From contig NC_086106.1 of NCBI RefSeq assembly GCF_963921235.1, forward strand, positions 24,242,001 through 24,306,000: a stretch of 64,000 bases of DNA, read 5' to 3'. The notes under the pieces are model-generated. The model worked only from the letters and a program-made list of their open reading frames with translations, did not search any database and had not been told where the DNA came from. This DNA is from Mobula hypostoma (taxonomy: Eukaryota). Below, in pieces: positions 1-12,624 of this stretch. The position numbers and the translations under genes are program-made. Positions within the stretch are counted from its first letter, which is position 1. Each line of letters begins with the position of its first letter.

Positions 1-350
1 AAGGATCACAGCTTGTAAACGCTTTTTTCTAGCCAGCTAAGAGCCTTTCAATTGTTGTTTGGGGGATTTTCGCCAATTCCTCCTTGCAACAGGCTTCTAG
101 TTCTGTGGGAATTGTGGGCTGTCTTGCCTGCACTCCTCTTTTGAGGTCTATCCAGAGATTTTCGATTATGTATAGTTCGGGGGACTGTGAAACCATGGCA
201 AAACCTTCAACTTGCTCGTCTTTTGGTAGTCCATTGACGATTTTGAGATATGTTTGCGATCTTTACCCTGTTGTAGAAGCCATCCTCTTCTCATATTCAG
301 CTTTGTTGGAGACAGTGTGATGTTTCCTTCCAGAATTTGCTGGAATTTAA
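1..350 (-). mobile_element. Tc1/mariner transposase remnant (DD34E C-terminal part)
   Basis: Minus ORF 166-396 reads LNMRRGWLLQQGKDRKHISKSSMDYQKTSKLKVLPW, matching the Tc1 motif LKMKRGWxFQQDNDPKHTSK..LEWPSQSPDL. It is paralogous to 51242-51780. Confidence 0.8.
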
Positions 351-3201
351 TTGAATACATTCTTCCCTCTACCAGCTTTAATTGCTGAACACGCACTGGA
401 TTGTGATATTGTTATAGAAAATACACGAAAAGCACACGAGATGGTTCCGGAAGCGTATAGAGAAACATTTAGAAGTTTAAAGAAATCGGTGGAAAAAAAA
501 CTTATGTGGAATTTGCCTATGAGAAATCGGTGTGTTTTGAGAGATGGGTTTCCTCTAAAAATGTGAATGGGGAGTATAATAAATTGAAAGGGCTGATTTT
601 GCAGGAAGAATTTAAAAGAAGCATTCCTGTTGAGGTGAGAACATACTTAAAACTTAAACGAACGGGACACTGCTACATTTCAGGAGATTGCTAAATTGGC
701 TGATGAGTATGTTTTACTTCACAAGAATAAATTTTCTCCAGGTAATTTTTTTTAAAAAGGAAAACTAGCGCAGAGAGTCAAGGAAAGTCAGACATTAAAT
801 TTGAAGTTAGTGAAAAAAGTAAGGGTGAATGGAGACATGTGAAGGAAATACATTTTGGTATTATTTGTAATTATTTAAGAAACTTGGACATGTAGCGGTT
901 AATTGCTTCCGATTGAAACGGAAAGATAAAGAAGTGGCCCCAGATGACTGTGTGCAGCATATTGTAAAACCTGTAAAGCTACAGGGCTTAGAAAATATTA
1001 ATGAAGATGTGTCAGAGTCTGTCCAAATTAAGAAGGGATATGAGGCTTTTATAACAGAAAGATTTCTATCCTTGAAAGAAGGATCCAATGCAGTACCAAT
1101 AAGGATACTTAGAGATACTGGAGCTTCAGAGCCACTAGTATTAGATATTGTGTTAAGGTTTAATGATGAGTCTGACACTGGTGAGGCAAATTATATAAGA
1201 GGAATAGGGAGTGCCCTTAGGCCAGTACATTTACATAGAGTAAATTTAAGGTCAGGATTAGTTACAGGGGTTGTTAAAGTAGGACTACAGTCCAGTTTAC
1301 CTGTGAATGATGTTTCTCTTTTGTTAAGGAATGGTTTAGCAGGTGGACAAGTTTTTCCTGAAGTGCATTTGACAATAAATTCAAATTCCGTGGAACCACA
1401 GAGGGATTCTAACACAGATTCTTCCTGCGTTGTAACAAGAGCTATGGCTAAAAAGACTAATCTAAAGGATGTGGTTGTTACCCGTGACAGTTCAAATCAA
1501 GATTTGAATTTTGAGGATGTATCAGAAACTTTCTTATCTACCTTATTTGATCAGGATTTTGGTGAGAAGTCTGATCAGGAAGATTTGTCTTTATCTCGGA
1601 AGGAGATGATAGCAGAGCAGGGTAGAGATCCTGAGATAGTTAAATTAAAAGAATAAGCTCTTCCAGATAGTGAGATTGAAAAAGACCAGTTGGATATTAT
1701 TTTGAAAAGGGGGTATTAATAAGAAAGTGGAGATCGCCTACAATTCCCGTTAGTGAGGAATGGGAATATAGTCACCAGGTTGTTTTTCCTAAAATTTACC
1801 TAAATGAGATTTTGACTATGGCTCATAGTATTCTTTTGGGTGTTCATTTAGGGGTAAAGAAAACTATGAACAAAGTTTCTAAGCATTTTTATCGGCCTGG
1901 TTTAAGACGAGATGTGGCAACATTTTGTGGAACGAGTCATACATGTCAAATTGTCGGTAAACCTAATCAGGTTACTCCAGTGGGTCCTCTGCAACCAATT
2001 CCTGTATTTGGTGAGCCGCTTTCAAAAATCATTGCAGACTGTGTAGGTCCTTTGGCAAACACTAAAACTGGACATCCATATTTATTAACTATTATGTTCA
2101 CAGCATCTAGGTTTCCAGAGGCAGTACCTCTTAGGAATATAACAGGCAAAACTGTGACAAAAGCTCTTATAAAATTATTCACATATTTCGGACGCCTAAG
2201 GAAATAAAATCAGATCAATGAAGTAATTTTATGTCTGGGTTGTTTCAGCAGATAGTTTATAAACTGGCAGCAAAGCAGATTATTTCCTCAGCCTATCATC
2301 CAGAATCACAAGGAGCTTTGGAGAGATTTCATTCTACACTAAAAAAAAACCACGATTAGGGCATATTGTGTAGAAAATGAAAAGGATTGTGATGAAGGTA
2401 TACATTTACTACTTTTTTTGCCGTCAGGGAGGCAGTACAGGAATCATTAGGTTTTTGTCCATTTGAACCTGTGTTTGGACATAGAGTTCGAGGACCTTTG
2501 GCTTTGTTGAAGGAACAGTGGATTAATAAGGAAGTACACACTAGTTTGTTCGATTATGTTTTGAAATTTAAAGGCAGATTCTACAAAGCTTGTAGTATGG
2601 CCAAGGAAAAGTTATAGTTAGCTCAAGATAAGATGAAGACGCGGTATGATAAGGAAGCTAGAATGATGTAATTTAATCCTGGAGATAAGGTGTTGCTTCT
2701 TTTCCCAGTGCAAACAAACCCATTACAAGCCAAATTCCATGGTCCTTATGAGATTAAATCTAAGGTAAATGAGGTGGATTATGTGGTAAAAACCCCAAAT
2801 AGGAGAAAGACAACACAGTTGTGTCATATAAACATGATAAAACCGTATTATGAGAGAAAAGTTTCCACTGTGACTGTTAAGAAAAAGGGTTAAGGAAATT
2901 AAACTCCAATTTAATAATCCAGTTTGATGTTACAGGAGTAGAATATTTTGATCACTCATATCAAGGGTAAAGATAATGTGATCGCTGACTGTTTGTCTAG
3001 ATGTTAAATGTACAATGAAAAAATGTTTTATTTGGAGTGATATTTTACCTTTTGTAACACTCCTACTGTACATTAGTTCGTAAAGGGCTGAAAGAAAAGA
3101 TTGTATATATTGTGTATTTTGTAAATTTTATACCTTTCTATCATTTGTATAAATTGTTAAATTTTTGTTCTTCAAAAGACCATTTGTTTTTTGGAGGGAG
3201 G
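351..3201 (+). mobile_element. Gmr1-type Gypsy LTR retrotransposon internal region, decayed; RT and most of RNase H deleted
   Basis: Gag with SCAN-like motif (FERWVSSKNV..LKGLILQEEFKRSIPVEVRTYL, about 510-650). Protease ILRDTGASE (about 1105). Integrase H-H-C-C zinc finger and core (MAHSILLGVHLGVKKT..CGTSHTCQIVGKPNQ..IIADCVGPL, 1812-2207) with C-terminal FHGPYEI..VDYVVKTP..CHINMIKPYY (2690-2830). This is followed directly by the RNase H end EYNILITHIKGKDNVIADCLSRC (about 2935-3007). Confidence 0.85.
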
Positions 3202-4063
3202 TGTTACATGCTCAAGGAAATCTGTTTTTGTGTGAGAATGCGCTAATGGTCTTTTTGAGGTCACCTGATGTGATTTTCCCGCCGTCGTGAGGTCACTTGA
3301 TGACATGTGTCCCGTGACTATATAAGGGCCGAGTTTGTAGATTTGAGTTTGTAGATATCCAGGTAGAATGTGTTGTTCCTCCGTTTCTGTTGCGTGTTTG
3401 TTTTTGTGACGCAGTTTCATTTTGAAAACGGAAGGCGCGTTCTCTTACAAGAGTTGTATTATGAACTGGAAATTTTTGGTGGAAGTGCCAATATACTCAA
3501 TTCCGACAGTTCTGAAGGGAGAGTGAAGAATTCATCGAAGTGAAGGATCGAGAGAAGTCGGCATCGGTTTGGAAGTTTAATAAAGGATCGACCTTATTGA
3601 GTCTTCGTTGAAGAGAAGCTGCATGGAGATAACTCTTGCAACAGCGCAATGAGTTCATGCAAAAAGGCTCTCTCTCTAAAAGGAATTTAAGGTCAGTTGA
3701 TTTAAACTGTTTATTTTCGGCATCGGGAATCCTGTGGACAGAACTGGCAGTAAAGGTGCATCGGTGAAGAAATCGTTCTCCAGAGAAGTCTCTCCCGATT
3801 GAATGTGTAAAACTGTTGGACCTTCGAAGTTATCGCTTTAAGAACTACATCTGACTGTATTGCTTTAAGAACTGTTTTCAGCATTTAACGCTTTAAGAAC
3901 CAGCGCCAAGTGGAGTTGATGAATGGCTGCGTACCTGTTGAACTTCCGATTGAAGTTTTCCTTCCACCCCCACCCCCTTATCATTTATATGTGTTTAATA
4001 AATGTTTGGTTGTTCTTATAAAACCTGTCTCGATTAAGTTTAATTGTTGCCGGTTACGTAACA
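3202..4063 (+). mobile_element. 3' LTR of the Gmr1-type element
   Basis: Polypurine tract GGAGGGAGG immediately precedes TGTTACA at 3202. The element ends in CGTAACA at 4063. TATAAG (about 3320) and AATAAA (about 3996) lie inside. Confidence 0.7.
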
Positions 4064-4129
4064 GTATCTTAAGAGCAAAAGTATAGTAAGGGACAGAATT
4101 TGTCCTCTTGAAGATTAAAGTTGTCAGCT

Positions 4130-5830
4130 ATGTCTGGAACTAAAAGAAATGGGGGAGATCTTTTTTTGTTTCGTCTGTATTTACTAAGCAAACTGGCATG
4201 GAGTCAATGGAAATAAGGCAAACAAGGAGTGAGATAATGGAACCTATACAGATTGAAGAGGAGAAGGAGCTTGCTATCTTGAGGCAAATCAGAGTAGATA
4301 AATCCCCAGGACCTGACAGGTTATTCCCTCGGACCTTGGAGGAGATTAGCGTTGAAATTTCAAGGGCAATGGCAGATATATAAAAAAATGTCGGTTTCCT
4401 CAGGTGTGCTGCTGGAGGATTGGAGGATAGCTCATGTAATTTTTTTTTTCCGTTGTTTAAAAAAGGCTCTAAAAGTAATCCGGAAATTACAGGCCGGTAA
4501 GATTGACGTCAGTAATAGGTAAATTATTGAAAGGAGTACTAGGAGATGTGATCCGCAGGTATTTGGATAGACAGGGGCTTATTAGGGAGAGTCAACATGG
4601 TTTTGTACATAGTAGATTATGTTTAACAAATCCATTAGAGTTTTTAGAGGAGGTTACCAGGAATGTGGATGGGATGGCGGTGGATGTTGTATACATGGAC
4701 TTCAGTAAGGCCTTTGAAAAGGTCCCGCATGCGAGGGTAGTTAGGAAGATTCAGTCGCTTTGTATACACGGAAGGGTAGTAAATTCGATTACAGATTGGC
4801 TAAATATAAGAAACCACAGAGTGGTAGTGCAGGATTGCGTCTCTGAGTGGAGGCCTGTGACTAGTGGTGTGCCACAGGGATCAGTGCTGGGTCCATTGTT
4901 AAATATCAGCTATCTCAATGATCTAGATGATAATGTGGTAAATTGGATCAGCAAATTTGCTGATGATACAAAAGAATGGAGGTGTAGTGAACACTGAGCA
5001 AGGTGTTCAAAGCTTGCAGAGGGATTTGGAACATTTGGGAAAATGGGCTCAAAAATGGCAGATGGAGTTTGATACAGACAAGTGTGAGGTATTGCACTTT
5101 GGAAGGATAATCCACGACAGAACATACAAGGTAAATGCTGCGGCACTGTGGTTTGCAGTCGAACATAGGGATCTGGGAATACAGATACAAAATTCCTTAA
5201 AAGTGGCGTCACAGGAAGATGAGGTCTTAAAAAGTTCCTTTGGTACATTGGCCTTTATAAATCGAAGTACTGAGTATTACAGTTGGAGTGTTATGGTCAG
5301 ATCGTATAAGACATTTGTGAGGCCGAATTTGGAGTATTGTGTGCAGTTTTGGTCACCAATTTACACGAAGCTTATCACTAATGTTGAAAGAGTACAGAAA
5401 AGGTTTACAAGGATGTTGCCGGGCCTAGTGAAACTGAGTAGAGAGAAAGGTTGAATACGTTAGGATTTATTCCCTGGAGCGTAGAACAATGGGGGGAGAT
5501 TTGATGAAGGTATATCAATTTCTGATGGGTATAGATAGAGTGAATTCAAGCAGGATTTTTCCACTGGGACTGGGGAAGAAAAAAAGAAAACAGAGGACAT
5601 GGGTTACTGGTGAAGGGGGAAAAGTTTATAGGGGACATCAGGAGGGTGGGAGTGCTTTTTCACACATAAAGTGGTGGGAGTGTGGAATGATTTGTTAGAT
5701 GAAGTGGTACATGCGCGCTCACGTTTATCATTTATGAACAATTTGGACACGTCAATGGATGAGAGATGGATGGAGGGATACGGTCCAGATGCAAGTAAGG
5801 CCTGTTTCCGTGCTATGATGTTCTATGGTT
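4130..5830 (+). mobile_element. CR1-like LINE ORF2 (RT) 3' fragment, frameshifted
   Basis: DKSPGPD, NYRPVRLTS, SQHGF..CLTN, VDVVYMDFSKAFEKVPH, GVPQGSVLGP, SKFADDTK and LEYCVQFWSP motifs across ORFs 4198-5454. Confidence 0.92.
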
Positions 5831-6001
5831 CTATGGTCCTAGCGTCGGCCCTGCATCCTAGTCTCGTCCAGGGCACGTGTCAATGTCCAGCATCCTTTAT
5901 TCCCCACTTCCCTTGTTTTCATGACACACCCAGTCCTGTTCCTAGTACTTCAGAGTCTGTGTCTTGGATTTATGTCCGCTACCAGCGCACCCCTTATAAC
6001 A
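5830..6001 (+). mobile_element. 3'-terminal fragment of the same LTR family as 31403-32990 and 48990-50556
   Basis: GAGTCTGTGTCTTGGATT..GCACCCCTTATAACA resembles the LTR end GTCTGTGTCTTGCACTTGG..CACCCACCTTATGACA at 50510-50556. Confidence 0.5.
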
Positions 6002-6434
6002 ATATGCAACATTACAAATACTCTGAATTGTATATCTAACGAAACCCTCTAATTCATCAAATCTGCCGACACGTGTTTAAGTTGTGGCAGGAAGTGAGCA
6101 CGACAGCCGGGATATGACAACTCTGCAGAAAAGGGATTCACAGAGCTGCTGCCGTGATTGGAAGGTTTTGATAAATGATAACATTTTTGGTATAGTTACC
6201 CTGAAACGACGGAAAATGTAGACTAAACGCATGGAAGCATATGCGATAAAATACCTAATCTAATTGTTTTAGACAATGAAATTACAATGTTTGCACACTT
6301 TGACGCAAGCAGAGGAGGGCGTCGTGTTAACTTTCGCCGGAGCAAGTTGAAAGGAAAACTATACCTTTAGTCTCTCTTTAATATAACTCCAAAGATTGTG
6401 TTTGATATCTTTAACTTGCTCTCTCAGAAGGTGT

Positions 6435-6756
6435 TTATAAAGAGGTGCAATTACTGCAGTGCAGAAGCTTAATTTGGCGAATAGAAGAGGGTGTATACAG
6501 AACTTAGGAAAATAGATATCGGAAAGAAAAACATTCTGGTCATGCTGGGCTGAAAGTATCGTTTCCTTCGCGTAGTTACTCGGCTCTCTGACTCTTATGA
6601 CGTTTTGCCAATCTCGTTCAGGAAAACAACCTGAGGCCGACATGGGATAACATATAACTTTAGAAGTTTATCCCTGCAGTTTGTCTTCTCAACGTCATCT
6701 GCAGTGGCTGGTTTCTCCTGTAGGTACGGTACCAATCTCCTGTTAAGGTTTTGGAC
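6435..6756 (-). pseudogene. Highly decayed TCR V-like segment
   Basis: Acceptor TTTTTGTTAG at about 6757 and candidate donor CAG|GTGAGA at 6908. Fragments read TVPTGETSHC (Cys23-like), TILSAQHD (RFSAQ-like) and AKLS..ACT GCA GTA AT TGC ACC (TAVxYC-like). There are stops and frameshifts, and no clear RSS. Confidence 0.4.
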
Positions 6757-7492
6757 CTAACAAAAAAAGAAAAAAAAATCACTCCGTTATTTTTTACGAA
6801 ATTATGTGAAATCATTTTAGATCCTGCCATATTTACCTTTGAATCATACATGTAGCTGAATCGTTTGTTTAGAGGAAGTAACTTATGCCCGGATTCGGTC
6901 AATCTCACCTGATTCAGTTGATTGGCTCTGTTGAGGAACAGAGAAGTAGTGGAGAATTGAAAAGTTTCAGAACTAGATTTGCTTGAGGAACTTGGGGATG
7001 AAAAGATCGGTAATTTTTATGAAATTTTGAAAGGCGTAGTTCTCACCATGCAGAGAAGGAAAATGTATTACTGAATACCAGGAATGCAATATTGAGCATG
7101 GGAGGAAAGGATCTGAGGAGCACGTAAGTAATATGAATCGAAAACCATTGCAAAGTGGTAAATGAAAGTGTAATGCTTATATCCTGGTTAACAACAATCG
7201 AACCCGCCTCAGTCCCTGGCAGGGAATCGTTTTCTTTGTTTTGAACTTGAAATGCTTTAGGCGCAGAACTGGCTCATGTTGGCTATTGGAAGTTTTCTCA
7301 AAAAAATAATGTCATTCAACCTTTTTTGCCACGCTGATAATGCATACAGAATCAATGTTTTTACTTGAATATGAAACTCCTCCCCCTTGTATCCGGCTCG
7401 CACGAAGGCTACAGAATGTGTTTCGGAGGCATGAGTGTAGGATATTGATATTCTTCATTGAAATGTTCAAATACTTTTCGAACTATTTCGAG

Positions 7493-7765
7493 ATATCGCC
7501 GAGGCAATGCCGTTTATCTGTCACCTAATGTCACCGCAGTCGTGGAAGGGGAAGATGCACTGTTGAACTGTAACTGTAGAACTTCAAGCTCGAACAACCC
7601 TATAATGATCTGGTGCTTTCAGTATCCCGGAAGATTACCAGAATTTCTATTGCTCTGTACAAATTTCGACGACCACCGAAAGAATATACTTGGACAACGA
7701 TTTACGGCGTAGCTGAATGAATATGGGACAAAGGTCCCACTAACTCTGTCCTGTATTCTGTGGCG
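7493..7765 (+). pseudogene. TCR alpha/delta-type V pseudogene
   Basis: Translates GNAVYLSPNVTAVVEGEDALLNCNCRTSSSNNPIMIWCFQYPGRLPEFLL..GQRFTA*LNEYGTKVPLT, then a deletion to TCT GTC CTG TAT TC TGT GGC (DSxLYxC). It carries an in-frame stop and a degenerate acceptor. Confidence 0.85.
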
Positions 7766-7801
7766 CACAATGCCAGAGAAGTATTCTGACAGAGAAAAAT
7801 G
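7766..7801 (+). promoter_or_regulatory. Degenerate RSS of the 7493 V pseudogene
   Basis: CACAATG heptamer, 20-nt spacer, AGAAAAATG nonamer-like; the spacer is 3 nt short of 23. Confidence 0.55.
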
Positions 7802-8151
7802 AATATTTTATCTCTCTTGTGGCAGTTGAGTGTTACCTTAGCTTTCTGAACGCATCAGGTCCTTGATCGTCCAGATATTGACAAATCAAAATGTATCTCT
7901 TGAGATTATTATCCAACATATTGAATTGCCTTCAACACAACTTAATGTGTTTCAAAGCGCATTCTGCGCCAAAATCTGCCAATAGTCATTCATAAGACTA
8001 AAGAAAGAAACATCTCTTGTTGTTATTTTTTTTCCTCGCCATTTCAAAGAGGAGCATATTTCCCTTGCATTAGGTAGATCTGGACTCTGAGCTGTCATGC
8101 GTTTTTTGAAGCCAATGTATGCTATGGTGTTGATATTTCACGCATTCCGCA

Positions 8152-8164
8152 ATATATATAGATA

Positions 8165-8203
<39 letters not shown>
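8152..8203. repeat. (TA)n microsatellite
   Basis: Direct reading of about 25 TA units with two interruptions. Confidence 0.95.
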
Positions 8204-8206
<3 letters not shown>

Positions 8207-9339
8207 CATTACAATTTAACATGATAATTTATTATTATGTTTGTTTTAACTCTGAGAAAAAAAAAGGAAAACACTATATATCACAGGGTCTTCGAGCGGG
8301 GACGCAAGTGCAACCTGATTTTGAAGCATCGTGACACCACAATCACAACTGACAAGAGATGGATGCCCTTGTACAGGACGAGAATAGATTTTAATTTGTA
8401 GCTAACCCTTTTTAGTTCCATTTGAAGCAATTGGAGGAGGAAGTAGTTTACAGGGGGAACGTTACTTCTTCTTTGCTGAAAACTGCACAGCTGGCATCTC
8501 ACGTTTCAGGAAATAACATTAACACCATTCATAATATTGTATTGAAATCATGGTGCTTTAGAGACGGCATGCTGTACTGGTGAGGAAGCGATGGCGTTAA
8601 TGTGTAGTACAGAACAGTGGGGTTTACATTTTCATGAGCAAACATATGAATCATACGAAAGCAGGACGATTTAGAAGAAAAAATCTGTCCCTTTTACATA
8701 TGTGGCAGAAGCATAATATATGGATCTGTAAAAAGTCTAGAGCAGGTGTGCTCCTAATGAGTCTCGGTGGCGTGTAGTGGAAACAGTGCAGAGAATTTAA
8801 CAGGAAATGGGTAACATGAGCACGGAAAGTTTTTTTTTTCCTTGATTAGTTATACGCTAATGTTAAGGCTTGCCAAAACTACAAGTAATAGGAGAAGTCG
8901 AAAGACCATAATATGCAAATAATAATACAGTATGCAGAGATCGTGCTAAACTTTCATTATATGATATTGAAATTAAAGGGATGTCCTCTGATTATCAGGT
9001 ATCTTATAATATGGATCTCCGCTACTGCTGATTCAAATGTCTATTGTACTAACTTGGCAACGATACCTCTTAGTAAAATACTTCTTGGCAACATCGCCAC
9101 GAAATTGCTTGAGAGGTAGAGAGCTATTTTGTTTTTTCTTTCTTTCCTGAATAAGAGCCTGATGGGTAAATGCAGGAGCCCAACTGTATTTCCAAATTGT
9201 TTTCGTCTAAAGCCGCTAAACGCTGCGATGTTATTTTAAGCTGCCTATTTTTTTTTTCCTTTTTTGACGAACTCAACTGTTCCATTGTCTATGATTATGC
9301 AAAACAGATCCTAATTTAAGCAGTGGCCACACATTTTAA

Positions 9340-9920
9340 TTCCATATCCCATTCGCATTCTGACATGTCTATCCACGGCTTCCTCTACTGTAAAGAAGAA
9401 GCCACACTGAAGGTGGAGGAACAACACCTTATATTCCGTCTGGGTAGCCTCCAAGCTGATGGCATGAACATCGACTTCTCGAACTTCCGCTAATGCCCCA
9501 CCTCCCCCTCGTACCCCATTTGTTATTTATTTTTATACACACATTCTTTCTCTCACTCTCCTTTTTCTCCCTCTGTCCCTCTGACTATACCCGGTGTCCA
9601 TCATCTAGGTTCCCCCCTTCCTTGCCTTTCTTCCCGGATCTCCTGTCCCATGATCCTCTCGTATCCGCTTTGCTAATCACCTGTCCAGCTCTTGGCTCCA
9701 TCCCTCCCCCTCCTGTCTTCTCGTATCATTTTGGATCTCCCCCTCCCCCTCCCATTTTCAAATGTCTTACTCACTCTTCCTTTAGTTAGTCCCGACGAAG
9801 AGTCTCGGCCTGAAACGTCGACTGTGCCTCTTTCTAGAGATGCTGCCTGGCCTGCTGCGTTCACCAGCAACTTCGATGTGTGTTGCTTGAATTTCCAGCA
9901 TCTGCCGAATTCCTGTTGTT
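9340..9920 (+). mobile_element. Penelope-like element 3' fragment (end of GIY-YIG endonuclease plus 3' region)
   Basis: HSHSDMSIHGFLYCKEEATLKVEEQHLIFRLGSLQADGMNIDFSNFR* followed by a pyrimidine-rich tail. Near-identical to 51781-52760 in reverse orientation. Confidence 0.88.
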
Positions 9921-11809
9921 TCCTGATTAGCGCTGATTGCAAAGCCCTTTTGTCTCGAGTGTCATTCAACTCACTGTGTAGTTCGCTCTAGCCACCTGTG
10001 ATCGGTTTGAATTTCCTACAAATATATTTTTCTCTGTACCTCATGGGAAACTGTTGTTTCTCAGCACTGCGCTCAGTAATATGTCAGCGTACACTGCAAC
10101 TGTAATTTAGGTAAATACGAATTAATAAAGTTGTTTTGGAGGGGGGTTATTGTAATTAAAGTAGTTTTACCTGCTGTACCGTTGACTGCTGTAATACCAA
10201 TTGTAAATAAAGTTATTATTGTTATCAATTTAGTAAAAAAAAACGAGTTGCAGATAGATCTTTCTGTAGTTACTAGCTGAAAAAGAGAATATGACATTAT
10301 AAGGTGCAACAGATAGAGACGAAAGTCTTAGAGATCAGTTTAGATTAAACAGGAGCTTCAGCTTGAGGAATAGTGCTTATTTATGTCTGAACAATTAATA
10401 TGAAAGTAGAAAATTGATAGACAATAAAGAAGTTAGCTGCATTAATTCATTATGGCTGGTGCAATTACAACAAAATATTAGCAATAAATGTGCAGCTTTG
10501 ACGTTATAGTATATGTCTGTGCGGGGACTAAGCAAACCTGTTCAATTTAATTGACACTGATAAGGAGACATTTTAGCCGATGGAGCTCCGTGTAACCTGG
10601 TGATGAATGTCTTGGAAATCGTAACAAAGATATGTACAGGAAAGCATAACGTTATTTATACTACAATAAATCCGAAAAGGCGGACAATAATGAAAACAAA
10701 AATATATAGACTATATAGTATGATCACTTTTTCCGGCGAAGAACGTTCATAAAATAAGAATCATCATGATTTGATATGGTGCAGTATTATATTGCTGGCA
10801 GTGGAAGTGACGGAAGTGACGTAATTAGAAGAGTGCCAACGGCTGGTCAATGTAGCCTCAATTAAAAAAAAAGGCGACTTCGACAACGAGACTGAAAGTT
10901 GGATTCGGGGTTTTCTTATAAACGTCATTAATCAATCATGAGATGGTCAAAACCTCAGAAGTACCATAGATTTAAAACATGTTATAGCTAGGAAACAGAA
11001 ATGTCGGCCTTCCACGATCAGTCCTACCGTATTTTATCCATTATGTTCAATTTGATATGTGTACATTGTGAAAACCTTTTGCTTCATTTACTTACTTGTG
11101 GACTTGAAATTTCATCTTAACTGACAGTCTATCAGAAACATCAACCACGTTGGTTCTCTTCAGTTCTCATTGAAACGTTCCCCCTGTCATTTTATTTTTT
11201 TTATGCTATCGATGTCTCTGATATGTTGGTAGACTCTTCTCCCTTTATTTTGCAGTTCCTGTCGTTTTTAATCAAACAGGCCTATAGCCCTAACACTTCG
11301 ATTTTGTCATTGCAGCTAAATTCTCCCAGTCAACACATCATCCCAGCTAAAATATTTTTCGCTAAAAAAAAGTAAACTAATAACGGCAGAGGCAAAGTAC
11401 CGATTCCTTTGTGATATACTTGGTTTCTATGTCTGATAAGCTTAAACTCAACAGAAGATTCATAAAACATGGCCAATAACGGTATCGAAGTGTACTATCA
11501 CTATCGCGAGATTATAGATTATTCACCCCGTCTTTCGGGACCTGCTAAAGACCATGTCTAGTCTCTGCACTGAGGTGAAGCTGCCAATACAAAATGCTTC
11601 CATAGTGGTTACGCACCTACGACCAGGAACAAATTTGTTACCACTAATACATTAGATGAAGACGGTTAATAGTACTTTCGAGGTGACAACGCAACGGTTC
11701 GAACTGAGCTCCCTTTGAAAGAAACTGCAATTATTTAAAAATCTCATTTTAGCCTGCACAATACATGTCATTTCTTTCATTTCTGCATTTTAATCTAATT
11801 TTTTATCTT

Positions 11810-11995
11810 CACACACAAATGCTGGTGGAACGCAGCAGGCCAGGCAGCATCGAAAGGAAGAGGTACAGTCGACGTTTCGGGCCGAAACTGTTCTTCAGAA
11901 CTAACTGAAAGAAGAGATAGTAAGAGGTTGCTGCGTTCCACCAGCATTTTGTGTGTGCTGCTTGAATTTCCAACGTCTACAGATTTCCTCATGAT
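11810..11995. mobile_element. Short palindromic derivative of the Penelope-associated terminal repeat
   Basis: GCTGGTGGAACGCAGCA (11821) and TGCTGCGTTCCACCAGC (about 11929-11945) are exact inverted copies flanking GGAAGAGGTACAGTCGACGTTTCGGGCCGA, a motif shared with 9800-9910 and 51800-51890. Confidence 0.7.
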
Positions 11996-12624
11996 TACTT
12001 CTTAGACTTAACATTTCAATGGACGCATATCTACGTATTGCAAATCTGTCTTCCTGATGACACTGCTCATCCAAAACACAACTACATCAGCGGATTATTA
12101 CCGCAGCATTCAATTAATAGCACCCTGAATGCGTTTCCCACTTCCTAGCTGTCTACCTTATCACTAAAGAGTACCTATCTCACCCTAAAGAGAAGCAGCG
12201 GCAGTTAGGCTCTGCATCGATTCCTCTATTAAATGGGATTTAAAGCCCCGGGTGGAATGGAGCACAACAGAGGAAAACACTGAGGCCTGTTGTCAGTTGG
12301 TTGTGCTTTCAGCAATAATCAACGGTAGTGATAAACGGTCAGAGGACTTGGAATTAATATCTGCTGTGATAATACATCTGATTACAGCAGCGACCACAAT
12401 CTAAACGGTTCAGTGCATTCTTTAATATAGGCCGGCAGTCATCCCATATGTGTAGTGGAACAATCTTGAAAAGGTTGGAGAATGTGGACGAAGGTGCACA
12501 TATTCGGATACGGACGGTGGATGAGCGGACGATGGGTACAGGATCCAATATGACAAGTAATGAGATGTGTTTTTTTAGGACTTCATAGGGTAGGGAGAAA
12601 GAAAGAGAGAATCAGGGTTCTCTC

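Noticed and set aside
8880-9120. Weak V-like fragments here, and similarly at 10080-10150, 21960-22330, 22480-22690, 24050-24200, 24880-24960, 34900-34960 and 60465-60660
   Set aside because: Each shows only one or two short motifs without consistent spacing or an RSS; not supportable without an HMM.
11310-11600. Possible IgH-like V remnant (DYSPRLSG; CACTGAG-14-ACAAAATGC)
   Set aside because: No Cys, WxRQ or YYC can be read, and the spacer length is wrong. Not distinguishable from chance.
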